Assembly: GCA_016709005.1 (NCBI GenBank)
Contig: JADJEU010000002.1
Location: forward strand, 44,941-108,940
Direction: 5' to 3'
Origin: Crocinitomicaceae bacterium
Lineage (GTDB): Bacteria > Bacteroidota > Bacteroidia > Flavobacteriales_D > Crocinitomicaceae
DNA: 64,000 nucleotides
Shown: positions 19,665-30,371 of the stretch, in pieces
Layout of the letters: each line of letters begins with the position of its first letter
How positions within the stretch are numbered: the first letter of the stretch is position 1
Notes under the pieces: generated by a model
The model's database searches: none
What the model saw: only the letters and a program-made list of their open reading frames with translations
What the model was told of the DNA's origin: nothing
Made by a program: the position numbers and the translations under genes

Positions 19665-20219
19665 TTATTCTACGACTGTAAATGCGTAAAATGGTTTTAG
19701 TTCTGACTCAAAAAACGAACTCTTCAAATCCTGATCTCCCGATACAAATGCATATTCACCAGCCATTAAACCATTTGCTGAAATCAGCAATGAATTTGAA
19801 CCATAAGGCGCTATCTGCAAACCACCAATAACTTGTGGATAAACGCTCTTTGCTTCGTTAATTGGATGCACGTTGGTAATTATCTTGCGACTTTTCTTTT
19901 CTGGTGTTAAGATTACAAGTTTAAAGCCAGTCAATTGCGCTCCACTTTTAGTTTTGCCCATGTGGTAAACAAACTGCATTATTTCCTGCTTCTTAATTTG
20001 TACAATTGAAGTTGCGCCTTTCATTGACAAGGTAGTTCTAGCACCGCTAATATCATTGCTTGAATAACCACGTGTGGTAATTTTTTCAAGAGATTGGCCT
20101 GCTCCATCATTTTTATCAACGTAAACAAAAGATCCAACCTCTGTTGGTTCAGTGATTGTTATTTGAGTAAAGCTGCTAAATGAAATAGCTACTAGAAATG
20201 CGGCAAATACTTTTTTCAT
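19665..20219 (-). CDS. hypothetical secreted protein
   Basis: ORF track. ATG 20219 (MKKVFAAFLVAISFSSF signal peptide) is preferred over the upstream track start. Flanked by family D repeats. Confidence 0.55.
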   Translation of the reverse strand: MKKVFAAFLVAISFSSFTQITITEPTEVGSFVYVDKNDGAGQSLEKITTRGYSSNDISGARTTLSMKGATSIVQIKKQEIMQFVYHMGKTKSGAQLTGFKLVILTPEKKSRKIITNVHPINEAKSVYPQVIGGLQIAPYGSNSLLISANGLMAGEYAFVSGDQDLKSSFFESELKPFYAFTVVE

Positions 20220-20321
20220 GTTTTGGATTTTTTTTTGTGGTAAAAGTAATTCTTTTTTAATATCCTTCACCTGATTAGTCAAATAGATGCGCTTTAGACG
20301 AATTCAACGTGATTTTTACAA

Positions 20322-20377
20322 GGCTGAATATCCTCAAAATGGGTTTAGTGCAGGATAAATATCCAACGCAGCCGATC
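20322..20377 (+). repeat. family D repeat, copy 2
   Basis: See copy 1. Same orientation, roughly 80 percent identity by eye. Confidence 0.75.
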
Positions 20378-20399
20378 GAATTAAGTTGTTTATAAAATC

Positions 20400-20819
20400 C
20401 TACTTCTTCTCCCAAACCTTTACAATCTCTTCCATCAAAGGCTTCAGCATGTCATGCGGATTTTTTCCATCAAAACCTGCCGAAGTATAAGTTGAATCTT
20501 TTGTAGTTATGATAATTGTTCCAAATGGTGCAGCATCCGTTGCACGTTTGTTTGTGGGTGATTCGAGGGATGATATTTTACTGAGATCAACTTCTTTCAA
20601 ACTTGCAGCCAAAGCAGTCCATTCAGACGACTGCGTTGCACGTGCTGTGCGGGTTGGTTCACCTCTTCCATTAAAACTTGTCACTACCGAATCTTGTGTG
20701 ATGATCACTTTTGTTTTTCCCATCATGGTGGTAGAATGATATTCGTAACTGACGATATCCGTTTCGTTGCAGGAAATTAAAAGGGTAGCGGCAAAAATTA
20801 AAGTTAGAAGAGATTTCAT
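20400..20819 (-). CDS. hypothetical lipoprotein (139 aa)
   Basis: Signal peptide plus lipobox (LLISCNE). No family recognised. Confidence 0.55.
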   Translation of the reverse strand: MKSLLTLIFAATLLISCNETDIVSYEYHSTTMMGKTKVIITQDSVVTSFNGRGEPTRTARATQSSEWTALAASLKEVDLSKISSLESPTNKRATDAAPFGTIIITTKDSTYTSAGFDGKNPHDMLKPLMEEIVKVWEKK

Positions 20820-20921
20820 GGTGTAGTATTTTATTCAAGCTAAGGTAGGGAAAATCAAAAATCAAACGATCAAATTTCAAAACCAAAGACAATAAAAGTA
20901 ATAACCTACGGCGCGGCAACT

Positions 20922-20963
20922 AGCCTTCCCGACTGCAGCAGGGAGCAAGAGGAATGATCAGTC
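20922..20963 (+). repeat. family C repeat, partial copy
   Basis: AGCCTTCCCGACTGCAGCAGGGAGCAAGAGGAATGATCAG parallels the GGCCTTCC...GGAGCAAGGAGGGTGATCGG core of copy 1. Confidence 0.55.
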
Positions 20964-20992
20964 TGAATCTTGAACAAAAAATAAGATCCCAA

Positions 20993-21046
20993 AAAAATTC
21001 GGCAAATGGCCTTCTCCCTTTGAAGGGAGATCGAGAGGGATGATCA
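20993..21046 (+). repeat. family C repeat, copy 3
   Basis: AAAAATTCGGCAAATGGCCTTCTCCCTTTGAAGGGAGATCGAGAGGGATGATC. Contains a perfect TCTCCC/GGGAGA hairpin. Confidence 0.7.
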
Positions 21047-21199
21047 CCACAAATGTAAAATCAAACAGATGCTGATCCGTTAGCTAACGGACAGCATGAC
21101 GTTTTCATAACGATGAGGTTCCAGAATTATAATCGAACGTTGCTAGGCGCAGATTCGGAAACGAGTTCAGCATGACGGTTCACTAGGTAAATAAAACGA

Positions 21200-23296
21200 C
21201 TACAATTTCACAATTCGATAGAACGATGTTTCGTTGATGTCATTCGTCAACTTCACAAAGTAAACACCAACTGGTAATGTTGCGCCATCAATGATGTACG
21301 AATTGTTCTCCTGAATCTCATCTGCAAAAATTAATCTGCCTGATTCATCCAAAATACTGAGTTGATAAGTCCCACTTTCAGCGAAATAAATTCCGAATTC
21401 AGCTTTGGACGGATTTGGATAAATTGCCGCACTGATTGCCTGATTTGCATGAATACCAAGATCTGAAAACACATAGTTATAAGAAGCAGTGGTTTGACAT
21501 CCGTATTGATTAGAAACAACTACCGTGTATGTTCCGTCAAGCGTTACATCTACAAACGAATTTGTTTCGCCAACTAAAATATCTCCATTCAAACTCCACA
21601 CAAAAGTCATATTTGGATCTATGATATTAGTCAGAATTTGCTGATTTGAATAAGTCAAATTCACCGGAGCAGGAAGAATAAAACAATTCAAAATATTCTC
21701 AGTTGTATTCGTATAAATTGGAGGGTTGTTATCAAAATAAATGCGCGCCTGATTGTTTACAATATCATTTGGCAATACGCCCGAAACCAATGCTACTCTG
21801 AATTTCACATAGCCCTTGCTCATGGGTTCGTTGGTTGTGCTATCTGGCAAATTAATGTCTTCAAAATAAAATGAAATCATTCTGCTGGAATCAATTGAAA
21901 CAGTTGCGTTGTGACTCGATGACATAAATTCAAACGTAGATTCGTCAATTAAGGCAGATAAATCATCTCTGATTTCTACATTCACTGCAGACGCAGTTCC
22001 AGTGTTTTGAAAATTAATTATGTATTCTATTTTGGTGTCTGGCGAAATCAAATTAGTTAATTGATAAGCACCGTTTGGTAAAGCAATTTTGTCATTCGGA
22101 TCATAGGAACACAAGGCAGGCACAGCAGTAGTATCAGTCATGGTAGTCTGTGTTGCACCAAGTGAATCTAATAGCGTCAAAGTTGCAATATTGACTACTG
22201 TATCTCCAACCATCATTGTGATTTCTGGATCAGAGATAATCTGAATCATGAAACTCTGAAACGGCTGCAAACTGTCAAATGAAAAATATAAATAATCACC
22301 AACTATTGAGTCGGCGGGATAACTTGAACTCACATAGGTCAATTCATCGTCCATCAACAGTTCAATAATTCCACTATTCATAATCGTTCCATTATTCTGC
22401 ACCACAAACCAGCTCACGTTGGCGCCGACACACAGTGCACTTGTAGCAACCATATCAAGCGTATTTGAATAATAGAGCGAATCCGGATAGAAACCGAATA
22501 AAATTCCGCTGGTGTCTGGATTAGCTGTATTTAAAGTAAAGTCAACGGGATTTGTTCCGGTGCTGCTCCAGCCTGGCAATATCGATGTCACTGTATAATC
22601 AACTGTATCCTCGGTAAAATAATTATATGAAAATTGGCCGGCTGAATTTGTTGAAACAGAATAATTCATAGGAGCAAAATTAATTTCTACACCTTCCAAA
22701 TAATTTTCGTCAACTTCTTTTGCTCCATTTTGATTCATATCGTAAAAAGCCTCACCGGTTATGTTGTGAAATGCCTGATTCATGACAGAACAATCCAACG
22801 AGCCTGTTCCGCTTGTTTGAGTTAAGGTGATTTCCTGAACAATACTGGCATAGTTGGTAATCAGAATCAAATAATATTGTCCTGCAACCATGCCATTAAT
22901 TGTTACTGTTTCATTATTTGTACCTGAATAGCTGCAATCGACTTCTGGTGATTCTGGAGACACACCATGCTGACCGCTCAATGAAATTAATTCATTCATA
23001 TCATCAAAGGGACCATAAACAATAAAGTCAATGTCATTGGCTGCGCTCAAAGACATGATAATATCACCCGATGTTTCAGCCTTCAAAAAAAACCAGGTTG
23101 GATTAGGTTGAGTCATCAGACAACCGTAATTATTTCCTGATTCAATTGCCGTGCCCACATTTGAAGTATAGGTTAAACCAATGCAATAAGGAGATGGCGT
23201 TGAAGAAACAGTATTATCTGTTTGACCCACTGCGTTGTTGAGAAAACCCGACAATGCAAAACCAAAAAGCATTTTCAAGAAGTATCTGTTTTTCAT
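21200..23296 (-). CDS. T9SS cargo protein with repeat domains and a C-terminal sorting domain
   Basis: Signal peptide. The C-terminal ~75 aa (IYPNPSKAEFGIYF...GVYFVKL...FYRIVKL) matches the Por secretion tail pattern. Internal Ig-like/conserved-repeat regions. Confidence 0.75.
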   Translation of the reverse strand: MKNRYFLKMLFGFALSGFLNNAVGQTDNTVSSTPSPYCIGLTYTSNVGTAIESGNNYGCLMTQPNPTWFFLKAETSGDIIMSLSAANDIDFIVYGPFDDMNELISLSGQHGVSPESPEVDCSYSGTNNETVTINGMVAGQYYLILITNYASIVQEITLTQTSGTGSLDCSVMNQAFHNITGEAFYDMNQNGAKEVDENYLEGVEINFAPMNYSVSTNSAGQFSYNYFTEDTVDYTVTSILPGWSSTGTNPVDFTLNTANPDTSGILFGFYPDSLYYSNTLDMVATSALCVGANVSWFVVQNNGTIMNSGIIELLMDDELTYVSSSYPADSIVGDYLYFSFDSLQPFQSFMIQIISDPEITMMVGDTVVNIATLTLLDSLGATQTTMTDTTAVPALCSYDPNDKIALPNGAYQLTNLISPDTKIEYIINFQNTGTASAVNVEIRDDLSALIDESTFEFMSSSHNATVSIDSSRMISFYFEDINLPDSTTNEPMSKGYVKFRVALVSGVLPNDIVNNQARIYFDNNPPIYTNTTENILNCFILPAPVNLTYSNQQILTNIIDPNMTFVWSLNGDILVGETNSFVDVTLDGTYTVVVSNQYGCQTTASYNYVFSDLGIHANQAISAAIYPNPSKAEFGIYFAESGTYQLSILDESGRLIFADEIQENNSYIIDGATLPVGVYFVKLTNDINETSFYRIVKL

Positions 23297-23579
23297 AAGT
23301 CACCAATTTATTGCCTAAGTTAAAGGTACGATTATAACGACTTGTAAATCATATTCGTTGCTTAAAGTGTGGTGATTATTATTTAATGTGGAGAGCTATA
23401 CTTTCATCGATAATGCCTGTATCGCATTGAACACGGCACGGTTGAGCAGATTTTAATCCCTGTCCTTAATTTTAAAGATTGGATCCGCACTAACGTTGGG
23501 AAAACGGTCGATCGAGTTAAGCGAGACAGTCGAACCAGGTTTTTCCAGAACAAACATCAAGCATTTGTCTATTGGAATA

Positions 23580-24860
23580 TTACTCAACAACCACGATGTA
23601 GTTATTCTTCTTCCCTTTTCCAAGCAGCACAAACTTATTGTTGATGAGATGATCCGCTTTGATGATAAAATCTTCACCCACTTTTTCTTTGTTCACAGTA
23701 ATTGCGTTTCCTTTTAATTCGCGGCGCGCTTCGCTGTTTGATGCAAGGAAATTTGTTTTTGCACCAAGGGCATCTACAATTCCTAAACCTGCATCAACAT
23801 CAGCGCGTGATACTTTTGCTTGCGGCACTCCATCAAAAATTTCAAGGAATTGTTTTTCATTTAACTTTTTCAAGTCATCTGAAGTTGATTTGCCAAAAAG
23901 AATATTTGTTGCAGCCAATGCAGTATCTAAGGCTTCTTTATTGTGAACCATTAAAGTTACTTCTTCCGCTAACCTTCTTTGCAAAACACGCAAGTGCGGG
24001 GCAGCATTGTGTTCTGATTCTATTGCCTCAATTTCTTCTTTTGATAGCAATGTAAATGTGCGCAGATATTTTGGTGCATCTGCATCTGTTGCGTTTAACC
24101 AAAATTGATAAAATGCATAAGGCGATGTTTTTTCTGGATCTAACCAAACCGTTCCGCTTTCAGTTTTTCCAAATTTAGTTCCGTCTGCTTTTGTCATTAG
24201 AGGACAAGTAAATGCAAAAGCTTCGCCACCCGAAATTCTTCTGATCAATTCAGTTCCTGTTGTAATATTTCCCCATTGATCACTGCCACCCATTTGCAAT
24301 TTGCAGCCTGTTTCTTTATAGAGATGCAAGTAATCGTATCCCTGTAAAAGCTGATATGAAAATTCAGTAAAAGAGATACCGGTTTCCATTCTTTTTTTGA
24401 CAGAATCTTTAGCCGCCATATAATTTACAGTGATGTGCTTACCCACATCGCGAATAAAATGCAGGAATGAAAAATTTTTCATCCAGTCATAATTATTCAC
24501 CAAAGTTGCAGCATTATCTTTGGAATTAAAATCCAGAAATTTTTCTAGTTGCCCACGTACACCCGCAATGTTTTTTGCAAGTGTCACTTCATCCAATAAA
24601 TTTCTTTCATCAGATTTTCCAGAAGGATCTCCAACCATTCCTGTTGCGCCGCCAACCAATGCAATCGGCCTGTGACCTGCGCGCTGAAGATGCACCAACA
24701 ACATGATCGGAACTAAACTTCCACAATGCAGTGAATCAGCAGTTGGATCAAAACCTACATAACCGGTGACCTGCTCTTTCGAAAGCATCTCTTCGGTTCC
24801 AGGCATGATATCCTGCAGCATTCCTCTCCAGCGGAGTTCTTCAACAAAATTCTTTGGCAT
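23580..24860 (-). CDS. tyrS: tyrosine--tRNA ligase
   Basis: Class I HIGH-like region ([13 protein letters not shown]), KMSKS-like KFGKT, and a C-terminal S4-like domain. 426 aa. Confidence 0.95.
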   Translation of the reverse strand: MPKNFVEELRWRGMLQDIMPGTEEMLSKEQVTGYVGFDPTADSLHCGSLVPIMLLVHLQRAGHRPIALVGGATGMVGDPSGKSDERNLLDEVTLAKNIAGVRGQLEKFLDFNSKDNAATLVNNYDWMKNFSFLHFIRDVGKHITVNYMAAKDSVKKRMETGISFTEFSYQLLQGYDYLHLYKETGCKLQMGGSDQWGNITTGTELIRRISGGEAFAFTCPLMTKADGTKFGKTESGTVWLDPEKTSPYAFYQFWLNATDADAPKYLRTFTLLSKEEIEAIESEHNAAPHLRVLQRRLAEEVTLMVHNKEALDTALAATNILFGKSTSDDLKKLNEKQFLEIFDGVPQAKVSRADVDAGLGIVDALGAKTNFLASNSEARRELKGNAITVNKEKVGEDFIIKADHLINNKFVLLGKGKKNNYIVVVE

Positions 24861-24961
24861 CTTTCAATCTTTATGAAACAAAGATAATTGATTGAAACTA
24901 TCTGCTAATGACTCATTCTATAAATTAGTCTGCGAGATTGTCTGATCTGATTTTTAAGGAC

Positions 24962-24994
24962 AAAAAAAATCCTGCCTCGAGGAGACAGGATTTT
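24962..24994 (-). terminator. rho-independent terminator after the 25015 gene
   Basis: ATCCTGCCTC...GAGACAGGAT imperfect stem. The A8 run on the plus strand gives a U-run on the minus-strand transcript. Confidence 0.55.
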
Positions 24995-25014
24995 CAATTC
25001 ATTAGGATTGGGAA

Positions 25015-25599
25015 TTACTTTTTTACAAGGATTGATTCGCAATCAAATGTTGTTTCAATTTTATCTTCAGTGATTGCGTCATACTCAGCCTGACTTACCT
25101 CTTCACCTGCTTCTTTTGCATCATCCAATAAATGTTTCTGGAAATCTACACTCAATGTATCCATTACCAGTGAGCCATAAAGAATTGCTTCTGTGCCTGT
25201 TGCAGTTTCGATTGGAATGGTAAAGTGATCACGGAAAAACACACGAATACTTCCACCCTTTTCATCATCAAATGTAATCCAGCAACCTGCCTTTTGACAA
25301 ACCTCGGCAATCTTCACAGAAACTTTATCTGTAAAAGCGCCGGTAGATTCCATTTGGGTAAACATCTCAGTCAATGTAGCTGCGCTATCTGAAGTTATAT
25401 CCGTATGACCATATAGCGTGTAATCACCTTTGTCTACACCGTCAAATGCTATTGCAACACCTTCTTCTTCATGATGTGCTTCTTCTGTTACATGGGTTGA
25501 GTCATGGTTTCCTGCTTCAGCATCATTTCCGCAGAATCCACAGCATGAGCTAAGATAAAGAGCACTAAGAATGGCCGAGCCTAATACAATATGTTTCAT
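25015..25599 (-). CDS. lipoprotein, possibly DUF4920 family
   Basis: Lipobox region (LYLSSCCG). An His/Glu-rich linker, then the motif VCQKAGCWITF as I recall it for DUF4920. The family assignment is from memory only. Confidence 0.5.
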   Translation of the reverse strand: MKHIVLGSAILSALYLSSCCGFCGNDAEAGNHDSTHVTEEAHHEEEGVAIAFDGVDKGDYTLYGHTDITSDSAATLTEMFTQMESTGAFTDKVSVKIAEVCQKAGCWITFDDEKGGSIRVFFRDHFTIPIETATGTEAILYGSLVMDTLSVDFQKHLLDDAKEAGEEVSQAEYDAITEDKIETTFDCESILVKK

Positions 25600-26102
25600 T
25601 ACTTGAATTTTTATTTTGCCAAATGTAATGAAATTCTAAAACTGTCCCGAACTTTTATCAGGTTCAGTTGATCGTTTTCAAAGACATTCAAAAAAGTGAA
25701 TTAGCCAATTCAATAAAGTAAATTAAATCCGCATTACCTATCCGCTCGGTAATGCTTGAATCATCCAAAAACCAATGATTTTGCTCAGTTTTTACAAACC
25801 TTCTAAAAAACTTAAATGATAAGTGAAAAGAAATGATTTGCTGAATTTTAGATAATCGTTGATTAGAGAATTAATATAGAGATAATGATGATTTTGAAAT
25901 GGACCTTCAAAATCAGCGAATAAAACGATTGGATGGAAAACCAACCGCGAGAAAGCCCAAGTTATCGAGACTAAAAAGACCACAGCGATCTTCAGAGTTA
26001 ATGTATAGACAGCAGCAAGTATGAGATCACATCTGCCTTCAAGCCAAATTGTATCTTTTAAAGTAGCAAGGCTGAAAATATAATCTCCGAAATCTCAGAC
26101 AC

Positions 26103-26139
26103 AAAAAAAGCCGCCTCCAGCAACTGAAGGCGGCCTTTT
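26103..26139 (-). terminator. rho-independent (bidirectional-looking) terminator after the 26157 gene
   Basis: GCCGCCTCCAG / CTGAAGGCGGC stem (10 of 11 pairs) flanked by an A-run and a T-run. Confidence 0.7.
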
Positions 26140-26156
26140 AAATTCTATCTAAAAAA

Positions 26157-27887
26157 TTATCTGTTCACGACTACCTGCACATCTTTAGAAGTTCCATCTT
26201 CAAAAGCGAGTTTTACTGTGTACATGCCAGTAGGCAATGTAGTTACATCCAGTGTCAGCATCGACGTTGTAGTTGTGATATTCTGATTTGATACGACTCT
26301 GCCGTTAAGGTCAACAATTGTTACCACTACATTTCCGCAAGCATCTTTTAATGGAAGATTAATAGACTCGTTTGCAGGATTTGGAAATGGAACTATATCA
26401 CTTTTTGGAAGTTCAACTAAACCAATTGTAGCCGCATCCATAAAGTTGATTGACATAGCCGGAGATTGATCGGTACCATATCCAGCAGGAAACCACTGAC
26501 CAGCATCTGTGCGTAGCATGTTGATTGGTTGTAGGTATGTTTCGAAATTCCAGTTATAGTCTAAGCTCGATTCGTATCCCGGATAAAACGCCGGTGAATA
26601 TGTGGTGATGCAAAACAAATAACGTGCATTGTCCTCTAACGCAATTGGCTCATCAAAAGGAACGTAAATATTTTCAGACTGCAAATTGGTAATATAGTTG
26701 TATTCTGCTGTCGTTATCTCATCTAAATTGACTGCATTCAGATCAGGTGTTCCAGCTCCTAAATCAATTACGGTAAATACATCAGTCCATTCGTAAACAA
26801 AAATCTCAATATACTCACCATCCAAACTTGAAGGAGTTGGATTCTGAGAAGTACCGCCTGAGAAATTGATTCCGTTGATCGCGACTCTGCTCGCATTTGC
26901 ATCCTGAAAATGAATACAAGTTTCCAAAGAAGTTGTGGTTCCATTAAATTGTAACATGTCAGTAACTGGTTCATAGGTAGTTGGATTCAGTTTAGCATAA
27001 GACCAAAGCGAATCATTGATCATAAAATCTGCTTCTCTGACATTGTCATACGTTGATAAATCCAGCGGTGTCATACTGACCGAATAGGTCATTTCATAAT
27101 AACCATTTGCATAGCTAGCCTGACTAAAAGTTGGCAATGAAATAAAAGCACTGTCGCCAGCCAACAAATCAAACGGAGCAGAAGTTTCATTGTACAGGTT
27201 TACTGAGTTCAAGTCAACCATACAATTCAGCAAAATACCAGTCTGGTCATTGCTTCCATAGTTTCGCACCCAGGTTCCAACTTCAACTTCAAACTCGGTT
27301 GCATTTTGTGAAAGCAACTGAAGATTAGAAAAACTTTTGGCTCTTAACAAATCGGCATCTGTCATTCCAAGATCATCTGCATATAATCCATTTTTACTTC
27401 CAATAAATACGGAGGTATTGCAGCCTAAAATTTCGGAACGAAGCAAAGCGCCGTCAGCTGCAGAAATCATAATTACCGGAATCGTAACATTAATTCCTTG
27501 CGCACCTCCACCCATCGCAAGCGGAGCTCCAGGTGCATTATTGATTATAATTACAGCAATTGCGCCTGCATTCTGACAATTCAATGCTTTGACACCAAAC
27601 TCGCAGCTTCCGCGATAACAAACCGCCACTTTTCCAGTTAGATTATTAGTCACAGGATCACAAGCCAGCGAATCACCAGCTGTTCCAGTTTCAGAAAAAC
27701 ACATGTCCCCTGTAACCGCGCTCGCTGGATTCGTCAAATCTGGCACCCCCCATTGGGCACCCGGCACTGCATATGTAAAATCATAATTGCCTTCATTTGT
27801 TGAAGGCGGCTCTACGTAAAATATGATCTGTGCAGAACTCAACACAGCTATTAACATAGCACCTACGCTAAGTAGAAATTTTTTCAT
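26157..27887 (-). CDS. PA (protease-associated) domain protein with a T9SS C-terminal sorting domain
   Basis: Signal peptide. PA-like block (GKVAVCYRGSCEFGVKALNCQNAGAIAVIIINN). C-terminal tail FPNPANESINL...GMYTVKL...VVVNR. Confidence 0.75.
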   Translation of the reverse strand: MKKFLLSVGAMLIAVLSSAQIIFYVEPPSTNEGNYDFTYAVPGAQWGVPDLTNPASAVTGDMCFSETGTAGDSLACDPVTNNLTGKVAVCYRGSCEFGVKALNCQNAGAIAVIIINNAPGAPLAMGGGAQGINVTIPVIMISAADGALLRSEILGCNTSVFIGSKNGLYADDLGMTDADLLRAKSFSNLQLLSQNATEFEVEVGTWVRNYGSNDQTGILLNCMVDLNSVNLYNETSAPFDLLAGDSAFISLPTFSQASYANGYYEMTYSVSMTPLDLSTYDNVREADFMINDSLWSYAKLNPTTYEPVTDMLQFNGTTTSLETCIHFQDANASRVAINGINFSGGTSQNPTPSSLDGEYIEIFVYEWTDVFTVIDLGAGTPDLNAVNLDEITTAEYNYITNLQSENIYVPFDEPIALEDNARYLFCITTYSPAFYPGYESSLDYNWNFETYLQPINMLRTDAGQWFPAGYGTDQSPAMSINFMDAATIGLVELPKSDIVPFPNPANESINLPLKDACGNVVVTIVDLNGRVVSNQNITTTTSMLTLDVTTLPTGMYTVKLAFEDGTSKDVQVVVNR

Positions 27888-27997
27888 GGTTAAAGATTTA
27901 GATAAATTTTTCGGGACTAAAATACGAAAAACCAGAGGAAATCAATTCTAAAATTCAGAATAACATGTTGAATTCTTCACATTTACTTAAACAGAAT

Positions 27998-29872
27998 TTA
28001 CATTTCCTTGTATTCACGGTACATACTTTCCATCACTGAGCGACACTTCTTAAGAACCTCCTCTGTCTTTGACGGATCGGTGTACGCAGATCGAATTAAT
28101 CTGTCCTCAATCATTTGAAATACGGTGTAGCCAGAACTATCTTTCCAGCCGTAAGACAAAGTAGAAGTACAAATTGCCCATTCGGGAGAATTCGGATTAA
28201 ACAAATCTTTACTCCAGTGAAATTCATCTGAATTTAATTTCATTTGATTCAAGAGCGTTTTTGCTAAATCAGCTTGCGATCCTATTTTATCAATCTTCAT
28301 TCCGCGATATTCATCTTTCAGTGCGCTGCCCCACGCCAAAAATGGGATATGAAAAAATTCTTCCTGATAGGTATCATCATTGATCACATTTGTTTTTCCA
28401 TGATCTGAGATAATCAAGACAAGCGTATTTTCAAAATCTGGCAGCGCACGCACTCCGTCAATAAATTTTTTCAAATGCTCATCAGCATAATGCATACTTG
28501 TCACATACCCGTCTCCATTGTGTGATTCAATAGGCTCAACCGGCATATCATAGGGTGAGTGTGTGCTTTGTGTAAACATACCATAAAAATATGGTCGTTT
28601 TGCTTTTTGAATCTCTGAAAGAAAATAAGGAAACATAGCCTCATCATGAATTCCCAGTTGACCTTTTGGTTGCAGGTTCAAATCATTTTCATCAACCAAT
28701 TTATCAAAACCAATATCTTGTAAATAACCACCAATATTTCCATACGACAATGATCCACCAAATGTGTAGAACGTATTGTATCCTTGTTTTTCCAGCACTT
28801 GATTAATAGAAGGTAATTTTCTGCACTTGGCAGATTCAGTTGAAATAGAAATTCCAGAGATGGTTGGATAACCACTCAAGATCGATGAATGACCTGTTTC
28901 CGATGTTCCGCCAGTCGCGTAAATCTCAGTGAATAAAATTCCTTCATCACACAAGGCATTGAAGTTTGGTGTGATATTTTTTTCTCCACCAAGCGGTTCT
29001 ATTAACTGTGCTGACCAACCTTCCAGCGTGATTAAAATAATATTTGGATTGTCTGTTTTTAAGACAGAAATAAGTGAATCAGTTGGTGCCGTATAATAAA
29101 CTTCATTTTTAATTCGCTCACCTTCTTCGACTGGCACACGATTAAAATAATCTTCCAAATCAACTTTCAGATACGTGTAAGACATGTTGATGAAATTCCA
29201 TTGCGGATTTACAGTCACATCTCTGATCATTTGGTTTTCGGAGTAGTATGCATCGGTTGCGCTGATTGGAATATGTTGCCAGCCACCTCGGAATCCCAAA
29301 ATAAAAAGTGCAGATCCAAAAAAGAAATACAGAAAACCATACGTCCATTTTTTAGCAGCTGACAAAGCAAGTAATCCGAGTTTATTCTTCTTAAAAACTT
29401 TCACGTAAATGAACCAGGCAAAAATGACTTGCAAAACAAAATACAGAATGAACCAATAGGTATAAGACCCGCCGGCGGTTCTGAAAATTTCGGATGGTGT
29501 TGTAAAATGAATCCAGATTTTTGAAGATAATTTAGTTTGCCATTCATAATAACTAACTATCTCACCAGCACAAATCAATGCACTAATGACAATCATGATC
29601 CAGATGTAAATGGAAATAATTTTGTTGATCCATTTCAATTTAGACTCAGATGAAAGTGCAAAAGCAAAAATGCTGAGCAAAAACGGAAACGCCATCAAAT
29701 AGCAAAAACCAGCAAGATCTAATCGTAAGGCATAAAACGGAATCAGAAACAACTCACCCGTATGCTCCTGAAAATCTCCAAAAAAGTGAAATATGAACAA
29801 CAACCGCTGAAACGTAAAAAGGATCAGCCAAATTAAGAGCAATCGAAAGGGGAACAACGTTTGTTGCTTCAT
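27998..29872 (-). CDS. LTA synthase / sulfatase-family membrane phosphotransferase
   Basis: About 5 N-terminal TM segments followed by an extracellular sulfatase-like domain (ILITLEGW, GGTSETGH, ISDHG). ATG 29872 (MKQQTLFPF) is preferred. Confidence 0.8.
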   Translation of the reverse strand: MKQQTLFPFRLLLIWLILFTFQRLLFIFHFFGDFQEHTGELFLIPFYALRLDLAGFCYLMAFPFLLSIFAFALSSESKLKWINKIISIYIWIMIVISALICAGEIVSYYEWQTKLSSKIWIHFTTPSEIFRTAGGSYTYWFILYFVLQVIFAWFIYVKVFKKNKLGLLALSAAKKWTYGFLYFFFGSALFILGFRGGWQHIPISATDAYYSENQMIRDVTVNPQWNFINMSYTYLKVDLEDYFNRVPVEEGERIKNEVYYTAPTDSLISVLKTDNPNIILITLEGWSAQLIEPLGGEKNITPNFNALCDEGILFTEIYATGGTSETGHSSILSGYPTISGISISTESAKCRKLPSINQVLEKQGYNTFYTFGGSLSYGNIGGYLQDIGFDKLVDENDLNLQPKGQLGIHDEAMFPYFLSEIQKAKRPYFYGMFTQSTHSPYDMPVEPIESHNGDGYVTSMHYADEHLKKFIDGVRALPDFENTLVLIISDHGKTNVINDDTYQEEFFHIPFLAWGSALKDEYRGMKIDKIGSQADLAKTLLNQMKLNSDEFHWSKDLFNPNSPEWAICTSTLSYGWKDSSGYTVFQMIEDRLIRSAYTDPSKTEEVLKKCRSVMESMYREYKEM

Positions 29873-29966
29873 CTGCCAAAGGTAAAGATTGTTTGCAAAT
29901 GTGACGATTATCACTTTCTGTTTTTATAAACCATAGTACCTTTGTACTGTACTCAAAACACAAATT

Positions 29967-30371
29967 ATGCTGGACTCACTAAAAGGAAAACGCATCTATA
30001 GTATTCTTAACAGCAAGTGCCCGATCTGTCATGAAGGCGATTTTTATGTTTCCAAAAATGCTTATGATCTAAAAAACTTTGGTAAGAATCATACACGTTG
30101 CAGTGTCTGCGATCACAAGTTTGAAAAAGAAACCGGATTTTTCTACGGAGCCATGTATGTCAGCTATGCTCTGGGAATTGCTTTATCTGTAGCCTTGTTT
30201 GTTGCAACTTTTGTGCTCTTTCCTGAAACACGTTACTATGTTTATATCGCCGAAATACTGATTGGATTGATCGTCTTTTTTCCGCTTAATTACAGATTGA
30301 GCCGGATTATCTGGATGAATCTTTTCAATCACTACGAAGCTAATCACATCAAACACCAACACGCAAAATGA
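29967..30371 (+). CDS. DUF983-like membrane protein with a CxxC...CxxC zinc-ribbon
   Basis: CPICHEGDFY ... CSVCDHKF followed by two TM segments. Its stop overlaps the trxA start (ATGA). Confidence 0.55.
   Translation: MLDSLKGKRIYSILNSKCPICHEGDFYVSKNAYDLKNFGKNHTRCSVCDHKFEKETGFFYGAMYVSYALGIALSVALFVATFVLFPETRYYVYIAEILIGLIVFFPLNYRLSRIIWMNLFNHYEANHIKHQHAK

Noticed and set aside
23297-23579. tRNA-like GGTTCGA motif (minus strand near 23540) and small ORFs between the T9SS gene and tyrS
   Set aside because: The flanking bases cannot form a T-stem, and no acceptor or anticodon arms could be drawn. The small ORFs overlap the tyrS 3' end or have no support.
25792-25983. 63-aa ORF in the 540-nt spacer between the DUF4920-like and PA-domain genes
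   Set aside because: There is no recognisable family, start context or conservation cue. Left uncalled; the spacer may simply be promoter DNA.
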